Below, one piece after another: positions 40,385 to 49,167 of a stretch of DNA of 64,000 nucleotides. Source of the DNA: an uncultured Rhodospirillaceae bacterium (GTDB lineage Bacteria > Pseudomonadota > Alphaproteobacteria > Rhodospirillales > UBA2165); NCBI GenBank assembly GCA_964643045.1, contig CAZXSC010000003.1, positions 1,993-65,992 on the forward strand, given 5' to 3'. The position numbers and the translations under genes are program-made. Position 1 is the stretch's first letter. Every line of letters begins with the position of its first letter. The notes beneath the pieces are model-generated. The model was not told where the DNA came from, did no database searches, and saw only the letters and a list, made by a program, of their open reading frames with translations.

Positions 40385-40510
40385 TTTGATGACTGGTATC
40401 TGGCTTGCACGATGCTTATAGTTGCGGGGTAGCTACGGAATTACTCAAGAACGAGTTCACCGTATTCCCAATTCATCCCCTCTAGCGATAACGGTAAGCC
40501 ATCAGAAAGT
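40385..40510 (-). promoter_or_regulatory. cobalamin riboswitch (compact form) in the cbtB-cbtA leader
   Basis: The minus strand reads '...gaattGGGAAtacGGTGAActcg...ccgtaGCtaCCCCGCaACTaTAAgc...caAGCCAGAtACCaGtCatc'. This matches the conserved GGGAA/GGTGAA core, the CCCGC-ACTGTAA element and the B12 box. It is followed by the SD 'ggaggg' and the cbtB ATG at 40366. Confidence 0.75.
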
Positions 40511-40753
40511 CAATCTGAAATCTGGTTGCATTTGTACGAAATTAGTTTCGAAACCTTTTCAATTGTAATCCCGACTTACCGTTCAGCATAGCTACAAACA
40601 AAAAAATTGGTAGGAGACACCAATACCCTTTACTGTTAAGCCTTTGCAGTGCTAATAGTTCATTCTATCTAGATTCGATTAAAGCTGGTAGCAAAGGTGC
40701 TAGAGTATAAATCAAACGTGCTGCGTATAAATATTGAATAGAATGGTAATAAT

Positions 40754-41341
40754 TTGAAAAAAATTATAATTGGCATTACCGGTTCAACTGGGACAGTTCT
40801 GGGAATCCGCCTGCTGGAGATCCTGAATGGAACAAATATAGAAACTCATCTGATAATAAGTAAATGGGGACACCAAACGCTCGAACACGAAACCAACTAT
40901 AGCTACGAGCAAGTCATTGCTATGGCTGACATCCATTACCCTCCTGGCGAAATGGGAGCCGCTGTGTCTTCAGGCTCCTTCCATACTGAAGGCATGATCA
41001 TTATTCCGTGCTCAATGGCTAGCCTCGCTTCGATCGCAAGTGGTCAGGGATCCCACCTTGTTCACCGGGCCGCGGACGTCATATTAAAAGAACAGAGGAA
41101 GCTTGTACTGGTCGCTCGCGAGACACCTCTCAACCAAATTCATTTAGAGAACATGCAAAAATTAGCTGGCATGGGAGTTAGAATTGTGCCGCCGATGATG
41201 GCTTTTTATAATCACCCGAAAAGTATTGAGGACATGATCGACCATGTGGTCATGCGCGTTTTGGATCAGTTTGATATTACGGTTGATACCGTGCCACGCT
41301 GGGAAGGTAATATGAAACAACAACAAAGAGAGACTTCTTGA
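40754..41341 (+). CDS. ubiX: flavin prenyltransferase UbiX
   Basis: 195 aa with 'KKIIIGITGSTG', 'IIPCSMASLASIA' and 'LVLVARETPL'. Apparent TTG start. Confidence 0.9.
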   Translation: MKKIIIGITGSTGTVLGIRLLEILNGTNIETHLIISKWGHQTLEHETNYSYEQVIAMADIHYPPGEMGAAVSSGSFHTEGMIIIPCSMASLASIASGQGSHLVHRAADVILKEQRKLVLVARETPLNQIHLENMQKLAGMGVRIVPPMMAFYNHPKSIEDMIDHVVMRVLDQFDITVDTVPRWEGNMKQQQRETS

Positions 41342-41420
41342 AAGCTTGTCCATATTCATCCAACGCTAAATTATATTGCAGTTCCAAGTAGTAATTATTG
41401 AATTTGTCGTATGAAACGAG

Positions 41421-41460
41421 AAGTCCCCCAACTCTTATTAGAAAGCTGAGGGACTTTTGT
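41421..41460 (+). terminator. possible intrinsic terminator after ubiX
   Basis: 'aagtccc' (41421-41427) pairs with 'gggactt' (41450-41456) and is followed by 'ttgtgtt'. The 22-nt loop is long, so this is weak. Confidence 0.35.
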
Positions 41461-41489
41461 GTTCATCCTATGTGCTTCTTCAATGCTAA

Positions 41490-42860
41490 TTAGTCATCTT
41501 CAGGCATAGCCACATTTAAAACAGCTGCCACGAGACCAGACACAACGATACCAGAAACGAATAGTGGTATTGACCAATCAACAAAGCTTGACGATGGAAT
41601 TGGCCCAAATTTTGCCAATTTGCCAAGTTGATCCACCTGCCAAATACCAACACCCAGTCCTAGAGAGAGGGCAACTATAATCATATTCCTCGCGCTAAAA
41701 CCTGCCTGACCTATTAGCTTCATTCCCGCCGCCGCAATCATACCAAACATGACCACAGCCGCACCGCCCAATACAGAGGATGGCAAGGCAGCAACCAAAG
41801 CGGCCAATTTTGGTATTAAACCCGCAAGAATTAAAAATATAGCCCCAATAGACACGACGTGCCGGCTCATTACTTTCGTATATGAAACTAAGCCAACGTT
41901 TTGGCTATAGGAGGTGTTGGGAAGACCGCCAAATAAGGCAACAACAGCAGACCCAAGCCCATCAGCCATTATTCCGCCTTTCAGCTCGTCATCTGTCGGC
42001 TCTCGATTGGCACCACCCATAGTAATACCAGATATGTCGCCAACTGTTTCGATCGTGGTAATAAACGCCATTATGATCATCAAGCCAATGAGACCGACAG
42101 CAGCAGGACTAGTAAAGTCCAAACCAAACCATTGGCCTGGAAGTCCAAACCAGTCAGAGCTTCCAATCTTGGCTATGGCCTTAGGGCTCACCATTCCAAA
42201 AGGGAGAGCAACAACATAACCTATGACTAACCCAAAAAATATGGAAGCTGCTGACCAAATACCTTTACCATATCGACGGATCAGTAAGGTTACTATTATC
42301 ACGAATAACGCCATTCCCCAGTTTGATAAGCTGCCAAATCCAAGTCCTTTACAAAAAGGTGCTGGGAAAGCTCCACAACCAGCTGAGTACTTTATACCTA
42401 CAGGGAGAAGTGTAAATCCGATTGTCATTACAACTACCCCTGAAACCAATGGTGGTATGTATTTACGAATCTGGGGAATAAAGAAACCCAAAATAATCTG
42501 AAACAAGCCGCCTATTAAAGAAGCTCCAAAAACTGCTGCTAATGTCGCCCCACTTTTCAAGGCCCCAATTAAAATACCAACATAGGCAAAACTAGTACCC
42601 TGAACCACAGGAAGACGCGACCCAACTGGACCAATGCCAACTGTTTGAATAAGCGTTGCGACACCGGCCGCTAACAAAGCAATTTGCACTAGAGGGGTAA
42701 TAAGTTGAGGTCCACCCGCCGCTAACGCTATTAAAAGTGGTACTGTCACGTTACCAGCAAACATAGCTAGTACATGCTGTATACCAAGTGGTATAGCCTC
42801 GCCCAGCGGCGGAGAATAATCCGGATTTTGTAAATCCGCTTCTGATGGTTGTTCCGACAT
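41490..42860 (-). CDS. nucleobase:cation symporter-2 (NCS2) family purine (xanthine/uric acid-type) permease
   Basis: 456 aa with about 13 TM segments. 'LGIQHVLAMFAGNVTVPLLIA' and 'SYSQNVGLV' are typical of NCS2. Confidence 0.9.
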   Translation of the reverse strand: MSEQPSEADLQNPDYSPPLGEAIPLGIQHVLAMFAGNVTVPLLIALAAGGPQLITPLVQIALLAAGVATLIQTVGIGPVGSRLPVVQGTSFAYVGILIGALKSGATLAAVFGASLIGGLFQIILGFFIPQIRKYIPPLVSGVVVMTIGFTLLPVGIKYSAGCGAFPAPFCKGLGFGSLSNWGMALFVIIVTLLIRRYGKGIWSAASIFFGLVIGYVVALPFGMVSPKAIAKIGSSDWFGLPGQWFGLDFTSPAAVGLIGLMIIMAFITTIETVGDISGITMGGANREPTDDELKGGIMADGLGSAVVALFGGLPNTSYSQNVGLVSYTKVMSRHVVSIGAIFLILAGLIPKLAALVAALPSSVLGGAAVVMFGMIAAAGMKLIGQAGFSARNMIIVALSLGLGVGIWQVDQLGKLAKFGPIPSSSFVDWSIPLFVSGIVVSGLVAAVLNVAMPEDD

Positions 42861-43123
42861 TTCAAACCTCCTGTTTTATTATTGTCACAAATAAATGAAG
42901 ATAGAACCGTTATTATAACTTGAACACCTATAAAACCTGAAAAAAGCTACATCATAAAGGCTAATTATACTAACAATAATTGATTTTAACAAAAATAAAT
43001 ATTTTATGTTTATTTTCAATGTTTTACATATATTTCAAAAATATAATTTAACGGTGAAGATTTAAAATAAATTTCTCGAGATACAAAAATAAATTAATTC
43101 ACGCATTATATTTTATCTTCTAA

Positions 43124-44425
43124 TTAAGTGACTTTCCTACCATTGACGTAGGTGGCTCGTATGGCTCGATCATCAGCCAATATAATTTGTAAAAATAATG
43201 TTTCAGCTAAGTCGCTAACTTGCATCATACGTCGCCGAATTAGCTCAGTTGAATTCAAGTTAACAACAACTAAATCAGCCTCGTATCCCGATTCAATTCG
43301 GCCTATCTTATCTTCAAGGTGTAATGCTTTTGCACCGCCAAGCGTGAGCATATAAAACACCTCAAAAGGTGATAGGGAGTAATTACGAAACTGGGCGATC
43401 TCATAAGCAGCCTTCATTGTAGCGAATGGAGACAATGACGTGCCCCCCCCTACATCAGTACCCAATGCCACGCGTGTCCCGGCATTTTGAAACTTCTCGT
43501 ATTCAAATAGACCGCTCCCCATGAACAAGTTCGACGTTGGACAATGAACAATTGATGTATCAGTATCTTTTACCATTTCTATATCTGAATCAGAGAAGTG
43601 GATCCCATGGCCATAGAGCGTACGTGGACCCAAAAGATTAAAACGACTATAAACATCAAGATAGGAAGATGCCTTGGGGAAAAGCTCTGCAACCCAGGAA
43701 ATTTCATCAACATTTTCAGAAACATGTGACTGGATATAAACTCCCTCGTTTTCCTTGTAGAGCGTGCTCGCAACCTCAAGTTGTTCAGGTGTTGAAGTTG
43801 GTGCAAATCGCGGCGTAACTGCGTATAGTGCGCGGCCATTTTTATGCCATTTGTTAATTAGGTCCAAGGATTGATCATACGCTAGTTGAGCTGTATCGCA
43901 TAAATTATCCGGCACATGCCGATCCATTAGAACTTTTCCACCCACCATCCGGAGGTTTTTTCGCTCGGCTTCTGCAAAAAACACATCAACCGATTGTGGG
44001 TGCATGGTGCAAAATACGGCGCTGGTCGTATAACCATTCTTAAGGGATTCGGAAATAAAAAATTGGGCGACAGCTTTTGCGTAAGTTTTATCGGAAAATT
44101 TGGCTTCCTCCGGGAAGGTATATACATTTAGCCAATCAATTAATTTAGTGCCATACGAGGCAATAACATTCATTTGGGGATAATGAACATGACCATCTAT
44201 GAAGCCTGCCAAAATCAGGTCTTCGCCATAGTCAATAATACGAACGTTTTCAGGCACATTAACCGACTTGAAACTGCCCACGCTCCTAATGAACCCACCT
44301 TCTATAAAAACGCAACCTGTTTCCCAATAGTCATAGCTATTAGGGCCATCGTTAAAAGTTAAAACTCGGCCCTTGAGCGCAAGCGCATCCCCTATGTCAG
44401 ATTTCATCGACATGCTGTTGGCCAA
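43124..44425 (-). CDS. guaD: guanine deaminase
   Basis: 433 aa amidohydrolase with 'GFIDGHVHYPQ', 'HCPTSNLFMGSG' and 'GTDVGGG'. Confidence 0.9.
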   Translation of the reverse strand: MANSMSMKSDIGDALALKGRVLTFNDGPNSYDYWETGCVFIEGGFIRSVGSFKSVNVPENVRIIDYGEDLILAGFIDGHVHYPQMNVIASYGTKLIDWLNVYTFPEEAKFSDKTYAKAVAQFFISESLKNGYTTSAVFCTMHPQSVDVFFAEAERKNLRMVGGKVLMDRHVPDNLCDTAQLAYDQSLDLINKWHKNGRALYAVTPRFAPTSTPEQLEVASTLYKENEGVYIQSHVSENVDEISWVAELFPKASSYLDVYSRFNLLGPRTLYGHGIHFSDSDIEMVKDTDTSIVHCPTSNLFMGSGLFEYEKFQNAGTRVALGTDVGGGTSLSPFATMKAAYEIAQFRNYSLSPFEVFYMLTLGGAKALHLEDKIGRIESGYEADLVVVNLNSTELIRRRMMQVSDLAETLFLQIILADDRAIRATYVNGRKVT

Positions 44426-44435
44426 AACCTAACAA

Positions 44436-44478
44436 GAAGCAAAAATCGCAAGGCGCTAAATTCAAATGACCTTGCGAT
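44436..44478 (-). terminator. intercistronic hairpin + T-run between the ABC substrate-binding gene and guaD (partial terminator / mRNA stabiliser)
   Basis: Perfect 9-bp inverted repeat 'atcgcaagg' (44445-44453) / 'ccttgcgat' (44470-44478) with a 16-nt loop. On the minus strand it is followed by 'ttttgcttctt'. Confidence 0.5.
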
Positions 44479-44495
44479 CCGCTTTCTATTGAAAG

Positions 44496-45578
44496 TTATT
44501 TTGGAATATTACCTTCTATACCTTCTACATAGAATTTCATACCCGCCAACATTCCATCATCCGCAGTCTTACCTGCTGGAACACGGACTTTCCCTGATTG
44601 GTCTCTTATCGGCCCCGTAAAGGGATGAACCGTTCCCGCAATGATGCCTTCTTTAGCTTTTTCAGCCATAGCGACAACATCAGCTGGAATAGCCTTATTA
44701 TAAGGGGCCATTTTTACCATTCCTGACTTAAAACCACCCCAAACATCACCAGATTCCCATGTGCCATCGAGAAACGCCTTCGTACGGGCTATATAATAAG
44801 AATTCCAGTCATCAATGATCGCTGTTAATTGCGCCTTTGGGCCAAAGGCTGTCATGTCCGACGCCTGACCAATTGCCCACACTTTAGCCTTTGCAGCTTG
44901 CTGAAGGGGGGCTGGCGAGTCCGTGTGCTGCATAATCACGTCAGCGCCTTGGGCAATCAAAGCTTTAGCCGCATCGGCCTCTTTGCCCGGATCAAACCAA
45001 GTAAATACCCAAACAATTTTAATTTTTATATTTGGGTTCACCGAACGGGCGGCTAGAAAAGTTGCGTTAATACCTCGGATAACCTCTGGAATTGGAAAAG
45101 AAGCAACATAGCCTAATACATTTGACTTTGTCATTTTACCGGCAACCAAACCTACAACGTGCCGGCCTTCATAAAACCGTGCCGAATAAGTAGCCATATT
45201 TTTCGCTCGTTTGTAACCCGTGGCATGTTCAAACTTCACTTTCGGGAATCGCTTAGCCACTTTTAAAGTTGGATTCATATAGCCAAATGACGTGGTATAA
45301 ATAAGCTTATGCCCGGAGCGAGCGAGATTTGTAATCACCCGGGTTGCAGCGGCACCCTCGGCAACTTTTTCGACATATTTGGTTTTCACCATATCACCAA
45401 ATGTCCTTTCGACCGCGAGACGACCAACTTCATGTTGATAATTCCAACCATGATCACCGATTGGCCCCACATAAACAAAACCAACCTTGGTCTTTTTATC
45501 TGCAGCATATCCCGCCGCTGAAACAAATACCATTGCCGCTGCCGCGAGTGAGCCTAAAATTAATTTTCTTAAAATCAT
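44496..45578 (-). CDS. BMP-family (PnrA/Med-like) ABC transporter substrate-binding protein, purine/nucleoside type
   Basis: Signal peptide 'MILRKLILGSLAAAAMVFVSAAGYA', then 'KVGFVYVGPIGDHGWN', typical of BMP lipoprotein-family SBPs. The track ORF extends to 45617. Confidence 0.88.
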   Translation of the reverse strand: MILRKLILGSLAAAAMVFVSAAGYAADKKTKVGFVYVGPIGDHGWNYQHEVGRLAVERTFGDMVKTKYVEKVAEGAAATRVITNLARSGHKLIYTTSFGYMNPTLKVAKRFPKVKFEHATGYKRAKNMATYSARFYEGRHVVGLVAGKMTKSNVLGYVASFPIPEVIRGINATFLAARSVNPNIKIKIVWVFTWFDPGKEADAAKALIAQGADVIMQHTDSPAPLQQAAKAKVWAIGQASDMTAFGPKAQLTAIIDDWNSYYIARTKAFLDGTWESGDVWGGFKSGMVKMAPYNKAIPADVVAMAEKAKEGIIAGTVHPFTGPIRDQSGKVRVPAGKTADDGMLAGMKFYVEGIEGNIPK

Positions 45579-45617
45579 CCTTTTTCTCCCATAGATAATG
45601 TTAACAATATAGTGCAA

Positions 45618-46541
45618 TTAACCCGACGCATGAAAATTCCTACTCAAACAAGCTGGGGCATTAAGTTTTGCCCGTGAACTATCTCGCGATATAAGCACAA
45701 GAACCGCTATCGTCGCAAGATAGGGAAGCATTGACAAGAACTGCGGCGCTATATCAACACCAAATCCTTGTGCATGCAATTGTATTATTGAAATACCACC
45801 AAATAAATATGCACCAAAAAAGGCACGCCACGCGCGCCAAGATGCAAAAACAACCAGCGCCAAGGCAATCCATCCTCTCCCAGCAGTCATACCTTCAACC
45901 CAGAGCGGGGTATATGCGAGTGACAAATAAGCTCCTCCGAGACCCGCCATCGCTCCACCAAATAAAACACATGCCATTCTAATGGTGATGACTGAATAGC
46001 CAATTGAATGCGCCGCATCGTGATTCTCACCAACCGCGCGAATCAATAAACCCAGCCGTGTCCGATTAAGTGTATACGTTGTACACATAACAAAAAAGAC
46101 AGATGCATATACCAGTATGTCATGATTAAATAATAATGGTCCTATAATGGGTATATCGCCAATAAATGGTATCTCCAATTTTGGTAACCCCGGAAAAGTT
46201 CTACCAACAAATGCATAACCCAGGAGAGATGAGAAGCCCAAGCCAAATATGGTCAGCGCCAGCCCTGCGGCAACTTGATTAGCCAACAAGTTAAGCGTCA
46301 AAATTCCAAATATGAGAGCCATCACCATTCCGCCCACTGCTCCTGCGATAATAGCTAACAGGGCATTGCCGGTTGACACTCCAACGGCAAAGGCCGTGAT
46401 AGCCCCCACGATCATCATACCCTCAACTCCCAAGTTGAGGACACCCGATTTTTCAACAACTACCTCACCGACCGCGGCGAATACCAGCGGTGTTGAGGCC
46501 GTTATAATTGTCAATAAAACTGGAACTATCCACTCATTCAT
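45618..46541 (-). CDS. ABC transporter permease (BMP/nucleoside system)
   Basis: Polytopic, with 'AAVGEVVVEKSGVLNLGVEGMM'. The start is taken at 'MNEWIV', 1 nt after the upstream permease stop. Confidence 0.88.
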   Translation of the reverse strand: MNEWIVPVLLTIITASTPLVFAAVGEVVVEKSGVLNLGVEGMMIVGAITAFAVGVSTGNALLAIIAGAVGGMVMALIFGILTLNLLANQVAAGLALTIFGLGFSSLLGYAFVGRTFPGLPKLEIPFIGDIPIIGPLLFNHDILVYASVFFVMCTTYTLNRTRLGLLIRAVGENHDAAHSIGYSVITIRMACVLFGGAMAGLGGAYLSLAYTPLWVEGMTAGRGWIALALVVFASWRAWRAFFGAYLFGGISIIQLHAQGFGVDIAPQFLSMLPYLATIAVLVLISRDSSRAKLNAPACLSRNFHASG

Positions 46542-46542
46542 A

Positions 46543-47637
46543 TCAAGAACCAACTCCATATGTGACTTTTTTGTGACTACCAAATTTAATTTGATAACGG
46601 ACCAAAACGTCAGCGGCTAATAAAAAGAACAAAAGCATACCTTGAAAAACTCCGGTAACCGCATTGGGCAAGTTCATTTCGATCTGAGCATTTTCACCTC
46701 CTAGATAAGTCAGCGCCATCAACAAACCAGCAAGCAAACAGCCAACGGGATGAAGTCGGCCTAGAAAGGCGACGATTATGGCGGTGAAGCCGTAACCGGG
46801 TGAAATTACTGGGATGATTTGTCCGATTGGACCTCCTACTTCGATCGTCCCAGCAAGCCCAGAAGCCCCCCCGCTTATCATCAATGTCAGCCAAATAATC
46901 TGCTTCTCTTTAAACCCGGAAAATTTGGCAGCCATCGGCGCTAAACCAATTACACGAATCTGGAATCCTATCATATGTCGCGTCATGATAACCCAGGCCA
47001 CAGCAACACCAAATAAAGCGACGATCCAACCCACATGCAGGCGCGTTTCTTCCAAAATAATAGGAATAAGAGCAGCATCGTGAAATAAACGAGACTCTGG
47101 AAAATTTTGTCCATCCGGATCTTTCCAGGGCCCATGTATTAGATAACTCAACACTAATAGCCCGACATACGTTAGCATTAAGCTCGTAAGAATTTCATTA
47201 GTTCCATATCTTGTTTTAAGTATAGCTGGAATTGCCGCCCAGGCCATACCTCCCAAAATTCCTGAAATCAGCATGGCTGGTAATAAAAATGGTGTATCAA
47301 CGTTAAAAAACAATAGCGCAACTCCACCACCAGCAAGTGCACCTATCGTCAACTGCCCTTCAGCCCCGATATTCCAGATATTGGCTTGAAAGCCGAAAGA
47401 CAGCCCAACGGCTATCAAAACTAATGGCGTTGCTTTAACAAAAAGTTCGGCTAATCCATCGATAGAATTCAAGGGGGCTATAAAGAATGTGATAATAGCC
47501 TTAACCGGGTCAACTCCCAGAAGAGTAAACATAACGATCCCGGCAATAGATGTGAGTATGACTGCAAAGATTGGTGACAAATACACCATTCGGCGAGATG
47601 TCGCTCCCCGCAGTTCTAACCTAACCATTGATCGCAC
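46543..47637 (-). CDS. ABC transporter permease (BMP/nucleoside system)
   Basis: 364 aa, polytopic, with 'NIGAEGQLTIGAL'. Overlaps the ATPase stop. Confidence 0.88.
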   Translation of the reverse strand: MRSMVRLELRGATSRRMVYLSPIFAVILTSIAGIVMFTLLGVDPVKAIITFFIAPLNSIDGLAELFVKATPLVLIAVGLSFGFQANIWNIGAEGQLTIGALAGGGVALLFFNVDTPFLLPAMLISGILGGMAWAAIPAILKTRYGTNEILTSLMLTYVGLLVLSYLIHGPWKDPDGQNFPESRLFHDAALIPIILEETRLHVGWIVALFGVAVAWVIMTRHMIGFQIRVIGLAPMAAKFSGFKEKQIIWLTLMISGGASGLAGTIEVGGPIGQIIPVISPGYGFTAIIVAFLGRLHPVGCLLAGLLMALTYLGGENAQIEMNLPNAVTGVFQGMLLFFLLAADVLVRYQIKFGSHKKVTYGVGS

Positions 47638-49162
47638 GCCCTATTATTGTTTCGGACTCAATTCCTGCCATTAGCAAACCAATTTCTTCAACAGTGATTT
47701 CATCGACAGGTCGAGATGGAGATAACCTGCCTTCACATATAACAGAAATACGATCAGACACTTCAAACAACTCTTGTATATCCTGACTTATAACCAGAAC
47801 GGCTGCGCCGTCCGCTGCCAAATCGAGAAGCGATTGGCGTATAAAAGCTGCGGAGCCGGCATCCACCCCCCAAGTGGGTTGCAGGACCACAATTACTTCC
47901 GGGTTTTGCAGAATTTCCCTACCAAAAATGAATTTTTGCAAATTACCGCCGGAGAGCGAGTTTGCTGCATGTTCAACTCCCGGTGTTTTAACATTAAAGT
48001 TAGAAACAATTTCAGTAGCAAACTTTATTGATTCTTTTATATTGATTAAACCCTTCGAAACTAGGTTCATCGTTGCAAAGCCTGATAGAAAGGTGTTCTC
48101 CCATAACGACATTTCCGGAACGGCACCATGCCCAAGCCGTTCTTCTGGAACAAACCTTAAGCCAGCACTCCTTCTAGCCCCAGGCCCGCGGTCACCGACG
48201 GCTGTCTCTCCGAGTCGAACCGACTGAGGCTCCTCAACCCCGACCTCGCCACTTAGCACCTCCATCAACTCAATCTGACCGTTACCGGCAATTCCAGCAA
48301 TTCCAATAACCTCACCTTTGCGAACTTCGAAATCAACATTTTTCAGGTCAACGCCATGTTGATGATCGGATTTTCGGCTTAAATTATTTACAATCAAGTA
48401 AGGAAGACCTGGAGCATCTTTTTTTGGCTTCTCAGGAGCAATCAAATTAGCTCCCATCATCATTTCGGCCATACTACGCGGACTTTCTTCCGCGGGAATA
48501 CAATTATCAACGACCTTACCCATGCGCATAATAGTGGCAACATGACATAGATCTTTAATCTCCTGCAGCTTATGACTGATGTAGAGTATTGAAACACCTT
48601 CGTCTGATAGTCGTCGCAAGGTTATAAAAAGCTCATCAACCTCTTGCGGTGTCAAAACCGAGGTCGGCTCGTCCATGATTAACAACTTAGGACTTTGCAA
48701 TAAACAACGCACGACTTCAATCCGCTGTCGCTCACCAACCGATAATGTATGAACAAAACGTTCTGGATCGAGCGGAAGTCCGTATTGTCGCGACACACCG
48801 CGAATGCGCTCATTAAGATTTTTACCTGCAAGATCAGGTGAAACACCAATCGAAATATTCTCCTCAACCGTCAGAGCATCAAACAACGAGAAATGTTGAA
48901 AAACCAAGCCGATGCCTAGGTTACGTGCGGCTTTTGGGTTAGCAACGTCCAACTCTTGTCCTTCCCATTTAAAAACACCTGTGTCAGCTTGTTGGACGCC
49001 GTAGATGTATTTCACCAAAGTTGACTTACCCGCACCATTTTCACCCAGTAAAGCGTGAATTTCTCCTGGCATAACTCTAAGGTCAACGTTCTTGTTCGCA
49101 ATGACCCCTGGATATTCTTTACTTACACCCTTCAGTTCCAATCTTGGTGTCTGATCGACCAT
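47621..49162 (-). CDS. ABC transporter ATP-binding protein, duplicated ABC cassette
   Basis: Two cassettes are present. The first has Walker A 'GENGAGKST' and signature 'LSVGERQRI'. The second has the signature 'LSGGNLQK'. The start is taken at 'MVDQTPRLELKG', 6 nt after the xdhB stop. The upstream part of the track ORF overlaps xdhB. Confidence 0.92.
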   Translation of the reverse strand: MVDQTPRLELKGVSKEYPGVIANKNVDLRVMPGEIHALLGENGAGKSTLVKYIYGVQQADTGVFKWEGQELDVANPKAARNLGIGLVFQHFSLFDALTVEENISIGVSPDLAGKNLNERIRGVSRQYGLPLDPERFVHTLSVGERQRIEVVRCLLQSPKLLIMDEPTSVLTPQEVDELFITLRRLSDEGVSILYISHKLQEIKDLCHVATIMRMGKVVDNCIPAEESPRSMAEMMMGANLIAPEKPKKDAPGLPYLIVNNLSRKSDHQHGVDLKNVDFEVRKGEVIGIAGIAGNGQIELMEVLSGEVGVEEPQSVRLGETAVGDRGPGARRSAGLRFVPEERLGHGAVPEMSLWENTFLSGFATMNLVSKGLINIKESIKFATEIVSNFNVKTPGVEHAANSLSGGNLQKFIFGREILQNPEVIVVLQPTWGVDAGSAAFIRQSLLDLAADGAAVLVISQDIQELFEVSDRISVICEGRLSPSRPVDEITVEEIGLLMAGIESETIIGRAING

Positions 49163-49167
49163 CTTAA

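Noticed and set aside
40754-41341. ubiX as a hidden member of the B12 island, given its flavin chemistry next to the riboswitch and the absence of bluB.
   Set aside because: The sequence is a canonical UbiX flavin prenyltransferase, not a BluB-like nitroreductase fold. It is on the opposite strand with its own terminator-like hairpin. Adjacency alone is not evidence.
42861-43123. A 263-bp very AT-rich spacer upstream of the NCS2 purine permease, examined on the minus strand for a purine (guanine/xanthine) riboswitch.
   Set aside because: The conserved purine-riboswitch core (…CUACCGGG…CCGUAAA… flanked by a P1 helix) is not present. The region looks like an ordinary AT-rich promoter/UP region with a good SD ('aggagg') before the ATG.
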